Part shown: in pieces, positions 46,920 through 59,880 of the stretch | Layout: each line of letters starts with the position of its first letter | Numbering within the stretch: the first letter of the stretch is position 1 | NCBI RefSeq assembly: GCF_902459465.1 | Contig: NC_047071.1 | Span: 10,912,001 to 10,976,000 of the forward strand | DNA: 64,000 nucleotides | Direction of reading: 5' to 3' | DNA from: Asterias rubens | Taxonomy: Eukaryota | The notes under the pieces: generated by a model | Seen by the model: only the letters and a program-made list of their open reading frames with translations | What the model was told of the DNA's origin: nothing | Databases searched by the model: none | Translations under genes and position numbers: made by a program

Positions 46920-47089
46920 TTCCTCAGACTATCGAGACAGTTGCAACGTCACATGATTAGGGGCAAGCTTTGGGGTAGTTACGTAAGATGTTTGGCACAA
47001 TGTTACCAGGGCTTGCTCATCTGGAGGTTGCTATGCAAAGCCTTGCCCCGAACCATTTGACATAGCAACTGTCTCTATAGTCTGAGGAA
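46920..47089. mobile_element. MITE with ~50-bp imperfect TIRs
   Basis: TTCCTCAGACTATCGAGACAGTTGC / GCAACTGTCTCTATAGTCTGAGGAA. Confidence 0.7.
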
Positions 47090-47482
47090 TTCAAATGTAA
47101 GCACATTGTGACCAAGCAAGTCATTGTACTGAACCATACATTATTCAAGGCTAACTCGCTAGAGACCTATTGAAGAAGTAAGGTGCTCATTAGATTACAT
47201 TTGAATATTTCACTTAACTTCGACTGTAAATATATATATTTTTTATCATCATTAGGAGATTACAATGATTTATGGTCCTAATCTTTATTTAATTTTGAGA
47301 TATTTCAAGTGCCTGTAAAATTCCTTTGTACCGCTTTTTTATAAACGCATGGAAGTACTTTTCTGGTACTTTGTTTGAATGTATTCTAATGTATAACATT
47401 GTGCAAATGTGAGCAAGTTACGATATCATTGCACATGACGAGAGATACAATAAAGGGGACCCCTTAGCACCCATCACACTTT

Positions 47483-47812
47483 TTAAAGGCAGTGGACACT
47501 ATTGGTAATTACTAACAATAATTATTATCATAAAACATTTCTTGATTACGAGTAATGGGGAGAGGTTAATGTATAAACATTGTGAGAAACAGCTCCCTCT
47601 GAAGTGAAGTAGTTTTCGAGAACGAAGTAATTTTCCACGAATTTGGTTTCGAGACTTAAGATTTAGAACTTGAGGTCTCGAAATCAAGCATCTGAAAGCA
47701 CACAACTTCGTGTGATCATGGTGCGACAAGGGTGTTTTTTTCTTTCTTTCATTATTATCTCGCAACATCGACGACCGATTGAGCTCAAATTTCACAGGTT
47801 TGTTATTTTATG
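47483..47812. mobile_element. Kolobok/T2-type MITE family A, right-truncated
   Basis: Left TTAA-AGGCAGTGGACAC intact; no right TIR. Confidence 0.8.
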
Positions 47813-49214
47813 TATAACAATTATGGACAGAAAAGTCACCTAATTGTTTCCGACAATTGTTTGATTGAAATCTGAGGTAATAAAAAAAACGTCTTTGTGA
47901 CAAAAAGTGCTCTGCAAATAGTTGGAAGAATTCGGATAAAAACAAAGGTGGTTCCCTTTATGTTGTGATTCTTTTTCACCACCGAACTGCAGACCATTCC
48001 AGAAGCCTTTTAACATAATTTGTAACTTTCTTTCTACTTTAAAACTCAATTTAAAGTTATGCCTTGGTAATAAAATTTCCTTAAGTAAAAAACAAAAAAA
48101 TATATATATCAGCAGTTGATGGTTTTGGTGTTCGTGTTGTATTTTGGGTTAAAACTAGAGAAAGAAAACATGGGCAGTCCATGGGTAGTACGCAGTTCAC
48201 TGAAACAGCCATTAGACTGCACTAGCGCCCTCATGTGGTGAGTATGACTGATACCCATTTTGATGTTTTTATGCTAAACATGTTTTTAGACAAACGCCTG
48301 AGGATGATTGTAGGCAAACGCCTGAGGATGATACGTGTACCTCCAACCTGTCCCTCTCCCCTTCTCTCCTATTGTGATATGAATACTTGTAAATGTGTTT
48401 TCTGTCTCGGGTTGTAAACGTTTATTTAAACTAATGGAGTGCATGGGTCAGAAATAAAAAAAACATGAACTCCGTTCAAGTCCCCTTCAGAGAGTTGTCT
48501 AATTGTAAAGGATTGACAACTTGAGGCCCATTAAGAAACCCTCCACAGCAGGGAGTTCTATGATTGCGAAGGACTGAGGACTGCATATGGGTAAATTCAG
48601 AATCCTCTTGGCGGAGTTGTCTGGGCTTACGTGAAGGATTGAAGACTGTAGTCCCAAGAATAGTAACTGTTTCTCACTCGGGCAAGTCATACCAGTCCTG
48701 CCGCCGTGTTCACCATGAAACTCTTCATTATGAGGGATTAATCTTAGGACTTAACGACGAGTTCAGTTCCGTATCCGAATACGTTGGGACGCATGGAACC
48801 CATCGTAAGTTTATCAATATAAAGTGTATCAGTCCAAGACCAAAATGTTGATGTTTGGTGACCATAAGGGTGTCCCCCATCTACATGATCTATGTGTAAA
48901 AAACAGTTTATATTTTCCGTTTTTTCTCTCCCTTTTCTTCCAAATTAATAGTTGGAGCCGATTTCAAAGTCCAGCTTGGAAGAATCCATGATCGAAAGCC
49001 GCAAGGAAAATTTTCATTCACAAGGAAAAATCTCGGTAAGTCTTTGAGAAAGTCAAATGTTTAAGAATTGTCTGTCTTTGCTCCGTTTTATCTTTGAAGA
49101 TGATTTAATCAAGATTGTATCGCTAGGGGGAGGGGAAGAGGTGGAGGTGGGCAAGTTGCCCTTTCCTTTTTTTTTTTTTTTTTTTAATACATTGACTTAC
49201 TCCGTGGTACGCAG

Positions 49215-49500
49215 CATGTCGTGGCGGAGTGGTTAAAAGCATCATGCTTGAGCTATTGTGTTTCTGATCAGCAGAGTGTGGGTTCGATTCCTGGTCATGA
49301 CAATTGTATCCTTGAGCAAAGTAGGTGCTTTGTCATAATATGAAATATAAGTCATTGGCCATTTGGATTATGATTTGTAGTGCATTTTAAAGAACACACA
49401 ACCCTTATTGTGGAACAGAACTAGAAGTTAACCCTGGTGTTTCTGGTTCACATAGCAAGCACCCTTATTGGCAGGTTTCCCCCCACTGGCTACAGTCTGC
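49215..49500 (+). mobile_element. tRNA-derived SINE
   Basis: TGGCGGAGTGG A-box and GGTTCGATTCC B-box; shares GTTTCTGATCAGCAGAGTGTGGGTTCGA with the SINE at 30-375. Confidence 0.7.
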
Positions 49501-52026
49501 TGAGTAAGTTCACTTATGATTATAAAAATATTCAAGGAAAATTTCGACTCTGTTACAATCAATACCAATCGTGTCAATATTTGCTCCGCTTCCCTCATCT
49601 TAGGCTGTTTAAACTTGTGTCTTGTAGTTTGTGTAGTGATGTTGCAATACTTCTTTGATCATGTTGGTAAAGGGCATCTCTGTATACAGTGGGCAAGGCA
49701 ATGCCCATGGAGGGCAATGCCTCCATCGCATACTTAAAGTACACGTATAAGTACTGCGGTCGCTTAATTATTTAAATTCATCCACACTGCTCATGTTCTT
49801 CATCACCAGAAGGCAGGCAATCACCTATACCAACAAACTGGGTCACGGTACACGATGGAAGAGCAATAGCGCCCTCTTGTGGTGAGTCTATCTATTAAAA
49901 TTCACAATGCTCCTTTGCTCTGAATGTAAAGTCCCTTCCGGAGCTAGGACTCGCCAACAATTCAATACCGGTGGCCATTGATTAGTTTCTCGACTGATAA
50001 GCTGCTGCATCTGAGTGTTTGGATAATTGATTAGCAGGGAGAGGAGAGCGAAAGAAGAGAGGGATCCCGTATGGATTTTGTTTGAATTATTAAGAACGTG
50101 AACAGGCGTGTTGAGAGGGGTGTCATTGGGGGCATAAAGGCAGGTGGATTAAGCCCATCAAAATGCTCTTTTTGAACTGCAAGGGAAGAAGGGGGTTGGG
50201 ATTGAGAACGTGCAACTATTATGTTTTGAAGTGTTTGGGATTAAGTTTGAGGAAAGCCCATGTGTCTAAAGTTGTGAATAAATTTTGTACTGAGAGATAG
50301 CAATTGTTAAACTGCTCAATGATTTTGAGCGATCGTTATCTTTAGGTGATAAGTTTTCTGTAGGATGAGACCGTTTAATAACTAAAAGGTTCATCAATGC
50401 CTTTTTTCTAAATAAAACAATTCCCATCGTACCGTCTGGAGTAAGCGATGTGTAGAAGGTTGTCCTGGCACTGATTAGCCTCTTTTTTTCCTGTCATAAC
50501 CTTAAAAATTAAAAAGAAAGGAGTATATAGGTCTATACCTTGGGTTTGCTTTGATTGTTTTAATCCTGGATACAAAATGTAAAGGTACGTGGTCCAGTTT
50601 TCGAGGTATGGTCAAAAACTACCGAAATAATAACTTCTCAATGAAAATACACAAAATGAGAGAAAGTCGCGCTTCTCAAATTGAAGTTTTGAGGCATAAC
50701 AAAATCTTTTAATATAACCACATTACTTCAAAGTGCAAAAATGCTTGATACTGTCCCAATCTGACTAACCAAAGGTTTGTAATTCCTTTAATTTTTAAGA
50801 GTGAAAACCAAACCTTCCATTTGATGAAAAAAACACCTACAACTGGTAGGATCTAAATAAGCCATTTTGAGATATTATGGTTTACAAATAACTATAGCAC
50901 CATTTGGTTTGGGTAAATTTGTCTGTATACATGTACACCAACATTAAAAAGTGCAGTCCTATTTTGCAACATTGAATAAACGTATCTACCTAAATCACTT
51001 AAGTCGCCACCATACCACATACAGGCTAACGGTTAGGTTGTCCTGCATGCTCCAAGTCTGCCTCCTCATCAACCATGTAAAACATGACAAATTGATGACA
51101 CGAAAATGAGCTGCATATCGAATCAATAGGAAAAGTTCCCAAAAGGAGTTGGTTGTCCGTCACCAAACCAACAAACACCCCCCTCCCTCATTTCATCCCA
51201 AGTGACACTGAATTAAAATAATAATTTTAATTAGAGACTCCATCTCACAGTGTATCATACAAGGTTATATAATATCTTTGATGTGATTGAAAAAAAAAGA
51301 CCTTGACGGTGTCACATGGGACCCTGGCCCCACTGTGCTTCCCTTCCTTTTGCTCATCAGTGGTCAAGGTATCCAGGTAGATAATTACATTAAACTCTCG
51401 GCATACCATCTGCTGACTGCTATACGGATGCGCCCGGGATTGAAAAGCCTCTTCTTTTACTTGTACCTTCTACTTAAACGGGACGGTGATTAGGATGCTG
51501 TGTTTATGATGTATTCCCACCATCCTTGACATTGTCTCATTCCTCGATGGCCCAGGGATCAAACACATGAAGGGTTTGTCTTAATTAATGCTTGGCAAAG
51601 TTTCGTAGAGCTGCTTTATGTTGCTTGGCATTTTGTCTGCTAAGCAGAACTAAGCAGGGTACAAAGTCAACTTTGAAAATGTAAAAACAAAATGTTGAGC
51701 TGCTATAACCTTAATCTTGTAAGCATAATTCTGTTGTGCTTAGCAGCAAGCAAAACCTTCCCAATTTGTTACCAAACATTAATTTTATGGTTAAGTGCCG
51801 TGCTCAGAGTACAAGTGCCGTGACCAGGGTTTGATATGCATTGAATTAGTTTAAAGCCCTCTTGACCGTAATGTATTTTTCGACAGGCAAAGTAAAGTAA
51901 ACTGGGCACTCATTGAAGGGGCCTTTGAGCCATGTTATGTTAGGCAATTCTACCTCCATGGTTAGGCGAAATCTCATTATACATGTACATAACAATGTCC
52001 ACCGAATAACACTCTATTTACCTCCT

Positions 52027-52415
52027 TCAAAGGCAGTGGACATTATTGGTAATTGTCAAAGACCAGTTTTCTCATACAGTTTGCTGTATCTCAACCTATG
52101 CATAAAATAACAAACATGTGGAAATTTGAACTCAATCGGTCATCGCAGTTGCGAGATAACAATGAAAAAAAAATATCCTTGTCACAGAAGTTGTGTGCTT
52201 TAAGATGCTTGATTTCGAGACATCAAGTTCTAAAAAATGAGGTATCGAAATCAAATTCGTGGAAATTACTTCTTTCTCGAAAACTACATTGCTTCAGAGG
52301 GAGCCGTTTCTCACAATACTTTATATTTCCAATCTCTCCCCATTACTCGTTACCAATTTAGTTTTTATGCTAAAAATTATTTTGAGTAACTACCAATAGT
52401 GTCCACTGCCTTTAA
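52027..52415. mobile_element. Kolobok/T2-type MITE family A
   Basis: AGGCAGTGGACATTATTGGTA ... TACCAATAGTGTCCACTGCCT-TTAA. Confidence 0.85.
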
Positions 52416-52983
52416 CGCAAGGAATTCATCAAACCTAATAGTTTCATGAATTTTATAAAAGTTTGATAAAAGACCATCTTCTTTGATGAGACGCCTTCGA
52501 TTAGTTGCTCTTCACTGTCAGCTTTTGAGGAGTTTGGACAAAAGAAGAAAGGAGGGTAGATCCATCGGATCGACAAAAGACTCTTATCAATGGAAAGATT
52601 TAATTGGTGAAGAAGATTCTTGTATATGGTTGAAGATTCTGGCTTAAGCAGTCAATAGAGTTGGGATGAGGCTTAGTGAAAGGGACCCTTAATTCTAGGC
52701 AACAAACTTTTAAATCCTGTATTAGTTAGTTGATCTGGGCGGGTCTTATTTACTTTATTCCACCAACCATGGAGGAAGAAAATAGATTCTTCATCCATGC
52801 ACCAACGTTAACAGGCCTGTGATTTTGTAGGATTTTGTTCTTCTGATGGCAGGTTTTAGAAAAATTTCTGCTTAGCAAGAGTAAGCAGGATATCAGTCAC
52901 AGATTGTGCATGATACATGCTGTTTTGGCTGGTAACTGTATTCTGGTAAGCATTATATGCTGTGGTGCTTGGCTACTTATGCT

Positions 52984-53358
52984 TTAAAGGAGCACGTTGC
53001 CTTGGATCGGTCGAGTTGGTCTTTAAAAGGCGTTTGTAACCGTTTGTTATAAAATGCATATGGGTAGAAAGATTTTGTAAAAGTATAATACAATGATCTA
53101 CACAAATATGCCTTGAAATTGCGTGGTTTTCTTTTTACCTCGTCGGGCATTAATGGGAGTCAAATAAAATAATGGCCGACCGTGTTAGTTCGCGACGTAA
53201 AAGGAAAACCGTGCAATTTTGAGTGATACTTGTGTGGATCATTATATTCTACTTTTAAAACATCTTTCCAACCATAAAAATTATGCATTTCATAACAAAC
53301 GGTTTCAAACGGTTTTTATAGACCAACACGTCTGATCCAAGGCAACGTCTTCCTTTAA
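52984..53358. mobile_element. Kolobok/T2-type MITE family B (palindromic), nested at the TTAA of a CAGGGCC MITE
   Basis: TTAA-AGGAGCACGTTGCCTTGGATC ... GATCCAAGGCAACGTCTTCCT-TTAA, followed by GCAGCTCTTTGAAATTGGGCCCTG. Confidence 0.85.
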
Positions 53359-53803
53359 GCAGCTCTTTGAAATTGGGCCCTGACCCTATACCAAGCAGTG
53401 TTGGGTCATATTATTAACTTCGTGATTTTTAATTGGTCTCACTGTGCCTTCTAATTTTCTTGAAAGAGGCCCTTTAATTGTTATGACCGAATCTTCAGAT
53501 GATGTAGAGAGTGTTTAGTCCGCTACAATTCAACTTCTTGAAATTCTTTTGACATTATCTCCACCCAACTAGGAAACTTTTCTCCAATCTTCATGTTTTG
53601 TTTGTGTTAATACAATCTCAGCCCTGTCCCGTCTCTACTACCAAATCTCACAAAACCCTTAAATCCATGGTGACTAGTCTTGGCAATTGGTTTAAAATTT
53701 CTCACTATCAACTCCCCAAAATCCAAACAATTTCACAAAATATCTGATACTTGAGCGTACATGGTGCAATTTCATAAAGTTGTTTTCTTCATTGAACAGA
53801 CCT

Positions 53804-54177
53804 TTAAAGATGCTATATCAGATTTTGGCCCCAAACATTAAAAAAATGATTTTTGTTTAGTGAATGGTATTTCAAAGAGTATCACCCGCTCTTACGAAAA
53901 AAAGTTTAACTTTTACTTTTAATGGTCAGGAACATGACAACAAATTAAAACGTTTCTTATAAAACACATAAGAATTGGTCACGTGATATTGTCGGGATCC
54001 CAACAAAAAATAATTTTGAGCACTCTTTTTCACTGCTACTTATAATTGGCGGACTTTTTCGAGCAATGGCACAGATGAAAGCTTGTAACTTTCTCGACCT
54101 CCATCAAAATACCTATTGAATTTTAAATCAAAATTGTGGGGTTAAAATCAGCCAAAAATCTGACACAGCATCTTTAA
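53804..54177. mobile_element. Kolobok/T2-type MITE family C
   Basis: TTAA-AGATGCTATATCAGATTTTGG ... CCAAAAATCTGACACAGCATCT-TTAA. Confidence 0.8.
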
Positions 54178-54889
54178 CACCATATCACATACTCGGTGTA
54201 TACAGTGACCAAACCAACGGCCATAAAATACCTCTTTAGTTCACAAAGCCTCTAAACACCCGATACAGCCCTCCCATAAACATACACGACCCAACCTCTT
54301 CAGCCCTCACGCACCCATTAACACCAATGACATAAACTGATGATGTCCTAACACCAGTTAAGAGCCCTTGAGAGATTCATCGAGAGAGTGAACCACTGAT
54401 AACAATCCTGAAGACTTTAGAGCTGTTTTTCTTCATGAGACAGAACGTGTCCCATCTTCAGCATTTAAGATGTTTATCAGTGCGTTTTCACCATGGTGAG
54501 AGCAAACATACACAAAGCCCTCCTGCCTCCGGCCGGCCTCCCTCTTCATCTGTTTTTCTCCCTAACTACATTCAAACAGCTCGTCTTTATAATAATGGAA
54601 TCCACTTGAGGAGCTGTGGAGTGGGGATGGTGGGTTGGGGGTTGTTAATGTTGCCCCTAGGCCCCCGTGTTTATTACAAACTGTTGTTTGGTGATACAAA
54701 CCATGGCTTGACTTGATACTATGAAAAGAGGCTATGCTGGTAGTATATGGGCCAACCCAGTTCTTGCGTGTGTTTGAGTAATGTTTGTGAACCTATGGTC
54801 GCTTGGAAGGAAACCAAATTTCACACTTTAATGGCTCCCAACGATCAAAGTAATATGCGCAAGGCTTTGTGAGCTGATTTGGACTATGC

Positions 54890-55320
54890 AACTCAATGCC
54901 CCTTTGGTGTCTCCTTGCCTTTCCTGACTCGATGGCCATTAGTGCCTCAATGCCCTTGGTGCATCAATGCCCGTTGGTACTTCAATGCCCATTGGTATTG
55001 CAATGCCCCTTGGTGCCTCAATGTCCTTTGGTACATCGATGGCCTTTGGTACATCAATGCCCATTGGTACCTCAATGCCCTTTGGCGCCTCAATGCTCCT
55101 TGGTGCATATGCCTCAATTGCCTTTGGTACCTCAATGCCCACAATGCCCCTTGGTGCATATGCCTCAGTGCCATTTGGTGCCTCAATGCCCCTTGGTGCC
55201 TCAATGGCCTTTGGTACCTCCATGCCCTTTGGTACCTCCATGCCCTTTGGTACCTCCATGCCCTTTGGTACCTCAATGCCCTTTGGTACATCGATGTCCC
55301 TTGCTGTCCCAATGCCCATT
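54890..55320. repeat. 18-bp minisatellite (ATGCCCTTTGGTACCTCA consensus, ~23 units)
   Basis: Direct inspection; the stop-free unit produces overlapping ORFs in five frames. Confidence 0.9.
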
Positions 55321-56329
55321 TAAAATGCTGCCCAGTTTCTTTTTCAGAAGAAACATAGCCCAATACAAGAATGAAGTTTCAAGCTTGATCACAGCTGCTG
55401 GCTCCCAGTTCCATCCTGTATAATCTAAGTGTAATAATAATCAGTATCCAAACCGTAAGTACATAATAATTCACAAACAGTGACAGAAACTTCAAGCATA
55501 TGCTACTGAATTTCATAAACGGATAGGTTCATTATTTAAAGCTTAATCATGAATGAATATTATACAAAGAACACCTCTTTCTTTACTCTATGATAACTAG
55601 CGCAAGTGATTGTCACAGCATAATTTCAGGATTTGCTATTTCTGGTATACCGTGTGCACAATGTCTGGATCTGGATCTGGATCTGTACTGCAATCAATCT
55701 CCCAATGTTGGAACGTATAGCTTGCAGGTGTGTGGTGCTGGGGACTCTAACTATTATAATGCGCTCTACTTTTGATATTTAACAGGTTGAAGTTGTGAAT
55801 ACTTTTCATTTAAAATGTTTCAGGTGAGGGAGCCTCTCTCACAGCAGCTGGGAGGAAGTTCATTCTGCTGTAGTTTTTGGTAGGAACAATTTGAAGGTCT
55901 CATGTTAAAATAAGTCTTTTGGAAGGAGTGTACATGGCTCGTAATGGAAAATATATGTACACTGAGTACTAGTATTGAGTAGAACTATATGACTTTACCA
56001 GTAGCAACTGACACATGTTACAGGGCATTTTCTTTTCAATGATAAATTATGGATTAATCGTGCACTGGCTTTGTTGAACTGAACCTAGATTAATTCACCC
56101 AAAAAGTGCCATAATTGCAGGTGGGATCAGTGTATCAAAAAAAAAGTAGATCAATAATCTTTAGTGAACGCAGAAAGATACATAAGAATTAATGGCGAAA
56201 GAGTGTTCTGCACTTAACAAATTCTTGTTCGTGTTATTAACATACACAGAGTATCGGCATGGACGGATGACAAGCAAAATAGATAAAGCATTTGGTCATG
56301 CATCAGATTGATTTCAAACAACAACAAGG

Positions 56330-56343
56330 GTTTCCATGGTAAC
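56330..56343. promoter_or_regulatory. RFX X-box GTTTCCATGGTAAC
   Basis: Full match to the GTHNYY-AT-RRNAAC consensus. Confidence 0.5.
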
Positions 56344-57155
56344 TTTTGTTTGGATGCCACCTTCCAAAGGCAGGAAATGGGGTTATGGTTGAATCTCCTG
56401 AATGCTGAATGAGAGAGAGAGAGAGTGAGTGAGTGAGGTGGAACATTGCAAAACAGAAAAAAAAAAAAAAAAACATTTGTGAGGCAAAAAAAAACAGAAT
56501 GAGCATCCAGGCTCTAACAGCGATGGCAGTGGACGTTTGATGCTAGCTATTACTGGAAGAATTCACGGACTCACGGTTGTTACATGACTCAGTTTGTTAC
56601 ATGATGAGACGGCACTCACTCCCCTACCACAGACCAATAATAATCAGACAACAAAGAGATACAGCTCGTGAAGATTTCCTTTTGTTGTGGCAGGGGAAAA
56701 CACACTAAAACATCCTTCAGATGTGAATGGCGCGGGATTAAGCGCTATTGATGTGCCCTTTTATCTTTTAACCCTATGGCCCTTGCGCTTCTTTTAGGCT
56801 CTTATAATTCCCTCTTTTCTGGACGCTCAACAAACAGGGTCTGCTTGAGGTTTGTTTGCCTGTACTGTCTTCTCTCCCCTCATCAACTCACTACAAAACA
56901 AAACAAACATGGATATAACGGGCGAAACTTTCACTGCCGGGTATAATTAAAACACCGGACACTTTTTAACTAGAGGCAGCGTATACGCACACTGGAGGGG
57001 TGAGGTGCTGGAGGGAGCACTGATACAGTACACAGGGTTGCGTGACTAACTCGAAACCTGAGCTTTCTATTGAGAGAGAGGGGGACCTTGGGTGGGACAC
57101 ACGATTATTTTGAGTTAGGATGAGTTTAATACTCGTCCTAAACTTAGGACAAGAC

Positions 57156-57547
57156 TTAAAGGCAATGGACACTATTGATAATTACGCAAAATAACTATTA
57201 GCATAAAACCTTTCTTGATTACGAGTAATGGGGAGAGTTTGATAATGTAAAATATTGTGAGAAACAGCTCCCTCTGAAGTGACGTAGTTTTCGAGAAACA
57301 AGTAATTTGATTTCGAAGACCTCAGATTTAGAATTTGAGGTCTCGAAATCATGCATCTGAAAACACACAACTTCGTGTGACCATGGTGCGACAACGGTGT
57401 TTTCTTTCTTTCATTAATATCTTGCAACTTCGACGACTGATTTAACTCAAATTTTCACAGGTTTGTTATGTTATGCATTATGTTGAGATACACCAACTGT
57501 GAAGACTAAAGTCTTTGACAATTACCAATAGTGTCCAGTGTCTTTAA
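57156..57547. mobile_element. Kolobok/T2-type MITE family A nested in an ACTCGTCCTAA-type MITE
   Basis: TTAA-flanked TIRs; ACTCGTCCTAA motifs of the host on both sides (57131, 57676). Confidence 0.8.
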
Positions 57548-58218
57548 GTTTTTAATAACTCCTAAACAATCCTAGGATCAGTCATACTAATATAAGACTA
57601 TCTTTGTCTTTGTGAGAGGTGGATTTCACAATTAAGAATTATTGGACTAGTTTTATGTTCGAGTTATGACGAGTTACTCGTCCTAAGTTAGAACGAACCT
57701 AATTTTTGTTTAGGTCTATCTTTGTGAAATCGAGCCCAGGTTTGGGAAATGTTCCGCTAGACAGAAAATGGCTTCTAATCGCAAAGTTGTTGCAACTCTC
57801 CCAGTAGCTCTGCCGACGACACTCAAAAGATGATGGCACAGGGCGCAATCATAATACCATAATCATCTTCAATGTGAAAGGTGACCTTAAAACAAAACAA
57901 AGTCAGAAAACAGAATACCAACCAAAATGTATCATTGTTTAGCCGTTGAAGCATTGTTTGGTAACGCTTGTCGCGATTTGCAATCCGTTAAAAAATGTAA
58001 AAACGGTCACGCCCAGGCGGTCTATAAGTGACCCACATATTTTAGCTAATTGCCATTAGTATTTTGTTAACATGTAAAATAAGGCTGTTACCATGACAAC
58101 ATGGTACGGATAACTAGACACGTAATCCGTTTACATGGTCAAATGATGCTTACTGTTTCTATGGTGAACACTCACTCAAATGTCATCACTTATTAACTTG
58201 TACTATTGCTGGTTTGTC

Positions 58219-58580
58219 TTGAAAGGCCCTGGACACTATTGGTAATTACTAAAAATAATGATTAGCATAAAACCTTACTTGGTAACGAGAAATTGAGAGC
58301 TGTTGATGGTGTACAACAATGTGAGAAACGGCTCCCACTGAAGTTACGTAGTTTTGAGAAAGGAAAAAAAAGATCTCACGCAAATAAACAAATAATTTAG
58401 GCCCTTTTTTAGGTATCCAACAGAAAAGCACACATATGTATGCAACGAGGGTGTTTTTCTGTCATTATTCTCTTGCAACTGCGATGACCAATTGAGTCTA
58501 AATTTTCACATATTTGTTATTTTTTACATTAATTGTTGGGATACACCGAGTGAGAATACTTGTCTTTGATAGTTGCCACA
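58219..58580. mobile_element. Kolobok/T2-type MITE family A, degenerate right end
   Basis: AAAGGCCCTGGACACTATTGGTAATTAC start; body colinear with the other copies. Confidence 0.75.
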
Positions 58581-59078
58581 TTTGCGCATCCATGCAGTGA
58601 ATACATGTTTGATCCCTTCAGAGTCACTGCTTTCTCGGTTTGCTGCTTTAACGTTACTGCTTTTTATATCATTATATGTGTGTGAAATAAATCCGATATT
58701 CTCGATATCGAGAATTGATAATTGTTTTAATGTCTTCTCAAAAAGTAAAGCGTTTCATGGAATAAAACTCTTAACCGCTCGGCCACGACACTTCCACAAG
58801 GCTATTCCTCCAGCAGAAACACAACTTTAACTCTATAGCAACCAGAAGCTCGTTAGCATGCAATCAAATGGCCCCTGACAAACTAACAAACGACATTACT
58901 ATTACCATTATTATTATTTATTTTTAGAATTATCCCAAAAGACATGTTTTCACATTCCCGTGCAGAATTTAACCTTCATAAAAAATGATTTATGAAGAGT
59001 TAAAAACCGATAAAAACAGTCACGCTCTACTTCCCGAACCACAATTATTTTGACGTAATGTATACGCTATAATATTAT

Positions 59079-59880
59079 TACAGCCACATCAGTTCTTAAA
59101 AAACGTTTGTTTGATCATTGTAGGATCAACCTGATCCATCAATGAATCAGTCCAACTTGGACTCATAATCCGGTTTAATATCTTACCTGGATCATTTCAA
59201 GAGTGCCGTAAACGGGTTGTTTTCGTTATACTACAGCCACATCAGTTCTTATAAACGTTTGTTTGATCATGGTAGGATCAACCTGACTCATCAATGAGTC
59301 AGGCCCCTTTTGACTCAGAATCCGGGTCAATATCTTACCCGGATCATTTAAAGAGTGCCGTAAACAGGTTGATTTGGTTATACTACAGCCACATCAATTC
59401 TTGTAAATGTTTGTTTGATCATGGTAGGATCAACCTGACTCATTAATGAGTCAGGCCCCGTTTGATTCAGAATCCGGGTCAATATCTTACCCGGATCATT
59501 TCAAGAGTGCCTTAAACAGGTTGTTTTCGTTGTACTACAGCCAAGCCAGTTCTTATAAAGGTTTGTCTGATTATCGTAGGATCAACCTGACTCATTAGTG
59601 AGTCAGGCCCCTTTTGACTCAGAATTCTGGTTAATATCTAAACCGGATCAGTTCAAGAGTGTCGTAAACAGGTTGTTTTCGCTATATTACAGCCAAGCCA
59701 GTTATTTAATAAACGTTTGTTTGATCATTGTAAGATCATCCTGACTCATCAATGAATCAGGCCCCTTCGGACTCATAATCCGGGTCAATATCTTAACCCG
59801 GATCGTTTCAAGAGTGCCGTTAACAGGTTGTTTTCTTTATATTACAGCCAGGTCAGTTCTTATAAACATTTTTTGCTCAT
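59079..59880. repeat. 152-bp tandem repeat, 5 full units plus a partial one
   Basis: CAGCCA unit starts at 59081, 59234, 59386, 59538, 59690, 59845; internal palindromes CCTGACTCA-N4-TGAGTCAGG and ATCCGGGT-N9-ACCCGGAT. Confidence 0.95.

Noticed and set aside
48564-48851. 95-aa ORF as a single-exon gene
   Set aside because: No ATG context or domain; the splice signals favour a different frame (see the finding at 48490-49041).
54879-55423. Five overlapping ORFs as protein-coding genes
   Set aside because: Explained by a stop-free 18-bp minisatellite; no splice or domain support. Kept only as a low-level finding.
55785-55885. Possible micro-exons (AG...GTGAGG / GTAGGA) continuing the 48.8-49.0 kb unit
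   Set aside because: Weak polypyrimidine tracts and several equally plausible boundaries; not supportable without RNA data.
59079-59880. CRISPR-like array
   Set aside because: Eukaryotic context; units are contiguous with no unique spacers and there are no cas genes.
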